Below are positions 63,984-64,000 of a DNA stretch of 64,000 bases, one piece after another. Numbering within the stretch: the stretch's first letter is position 1; each line of letters opens with the position of its first letter. The stretch is taken from the NCBI GenBank assembly GCA_009840355.1, contig VXNZ01000050.1, positions 33,099 to 97,098 of the forward strand, read 5' to 3'. The translations under genes were made by a program, and so were the position numbers. The notes under the pieces are model-generated. The model searched no databases. It was not told the origin of the DNA and saw nothing but the letters and a program-made list of their open reading frames with translations. Origin of the DNA: Chloroflexota bacterium. Its GTDB lineage: Bacteria > Chloroflexota > Dehalococcoidia > Lucifugimonadales > JADFKI01.

Positions 63984-64000
63984 TTTTGCCTCAAACCGCA

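Overview
This is a 64 kb, high-GC bacterial chromosomal segment. Taxonomy cannot be established from the sequence alone. The housekeeping and catabolic content (complex I genes, LLM oxidoreductase, enolase-superfamily dehydratase, amidase, FAH, phosphotriesterase-like and TPP enzymes) would suit a Chloroflexota-like heterotroph, but that is only an impression.

Core genes I could recognise:
- A methyl-cycle neighbourhood: metK, ahcY, a PfkB kinase and a rhodanese, preceded by a clear SAM-I riboswitch.
- nuoA-B-C-D, speH-speE and ileS.
- A DnaQ-DinG fusion helicase, OGG glycosylase, PGM/PMM and an ABC-F ATPase.
- Two MFS transporters and a family-5 ABC uptake operon.

Visibly AT-richer accessory islets are interspersed among these:
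- A type II R-M pair.
- An orphan ParA-like pair.
- A Cys-rich orphan gene.
- A four-gene TA cassette wedged between nuoC and nuoD.
- higBA next to a NucS-like nuclease-domain protein.
- An HNH nuclease next to a fused ABC-ATPase/DUF4435 (PARIS/OLD-like) protein.
- VapBC, a RelE/Gp49-type pair and two DUF433/DUF5615 pairs.
- An orphan HK97-type head module (protease, capsid, connector).

Most notable observations:
1. An OsmC-family gene is interrupted by an in-frame TGA exactly at the second conserved cysteine. An fdhF-like hairpin follows it, making the gene a candidate selenoprotein.
2. Intergenic-type repeat elements occur in frame inside ileS and between the phage protease and capsid ORFs.
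3. At least three dispersed repeat families punctuate the intergenic regions.

I recognised no rRNA, tRNA or CRISPR array. Many long ORFs in the six-frame track are antisense or alternative-frame shadows of real GC-rich genes and are not reported. All family assignments rest on motifs read by eye; no searches were run.
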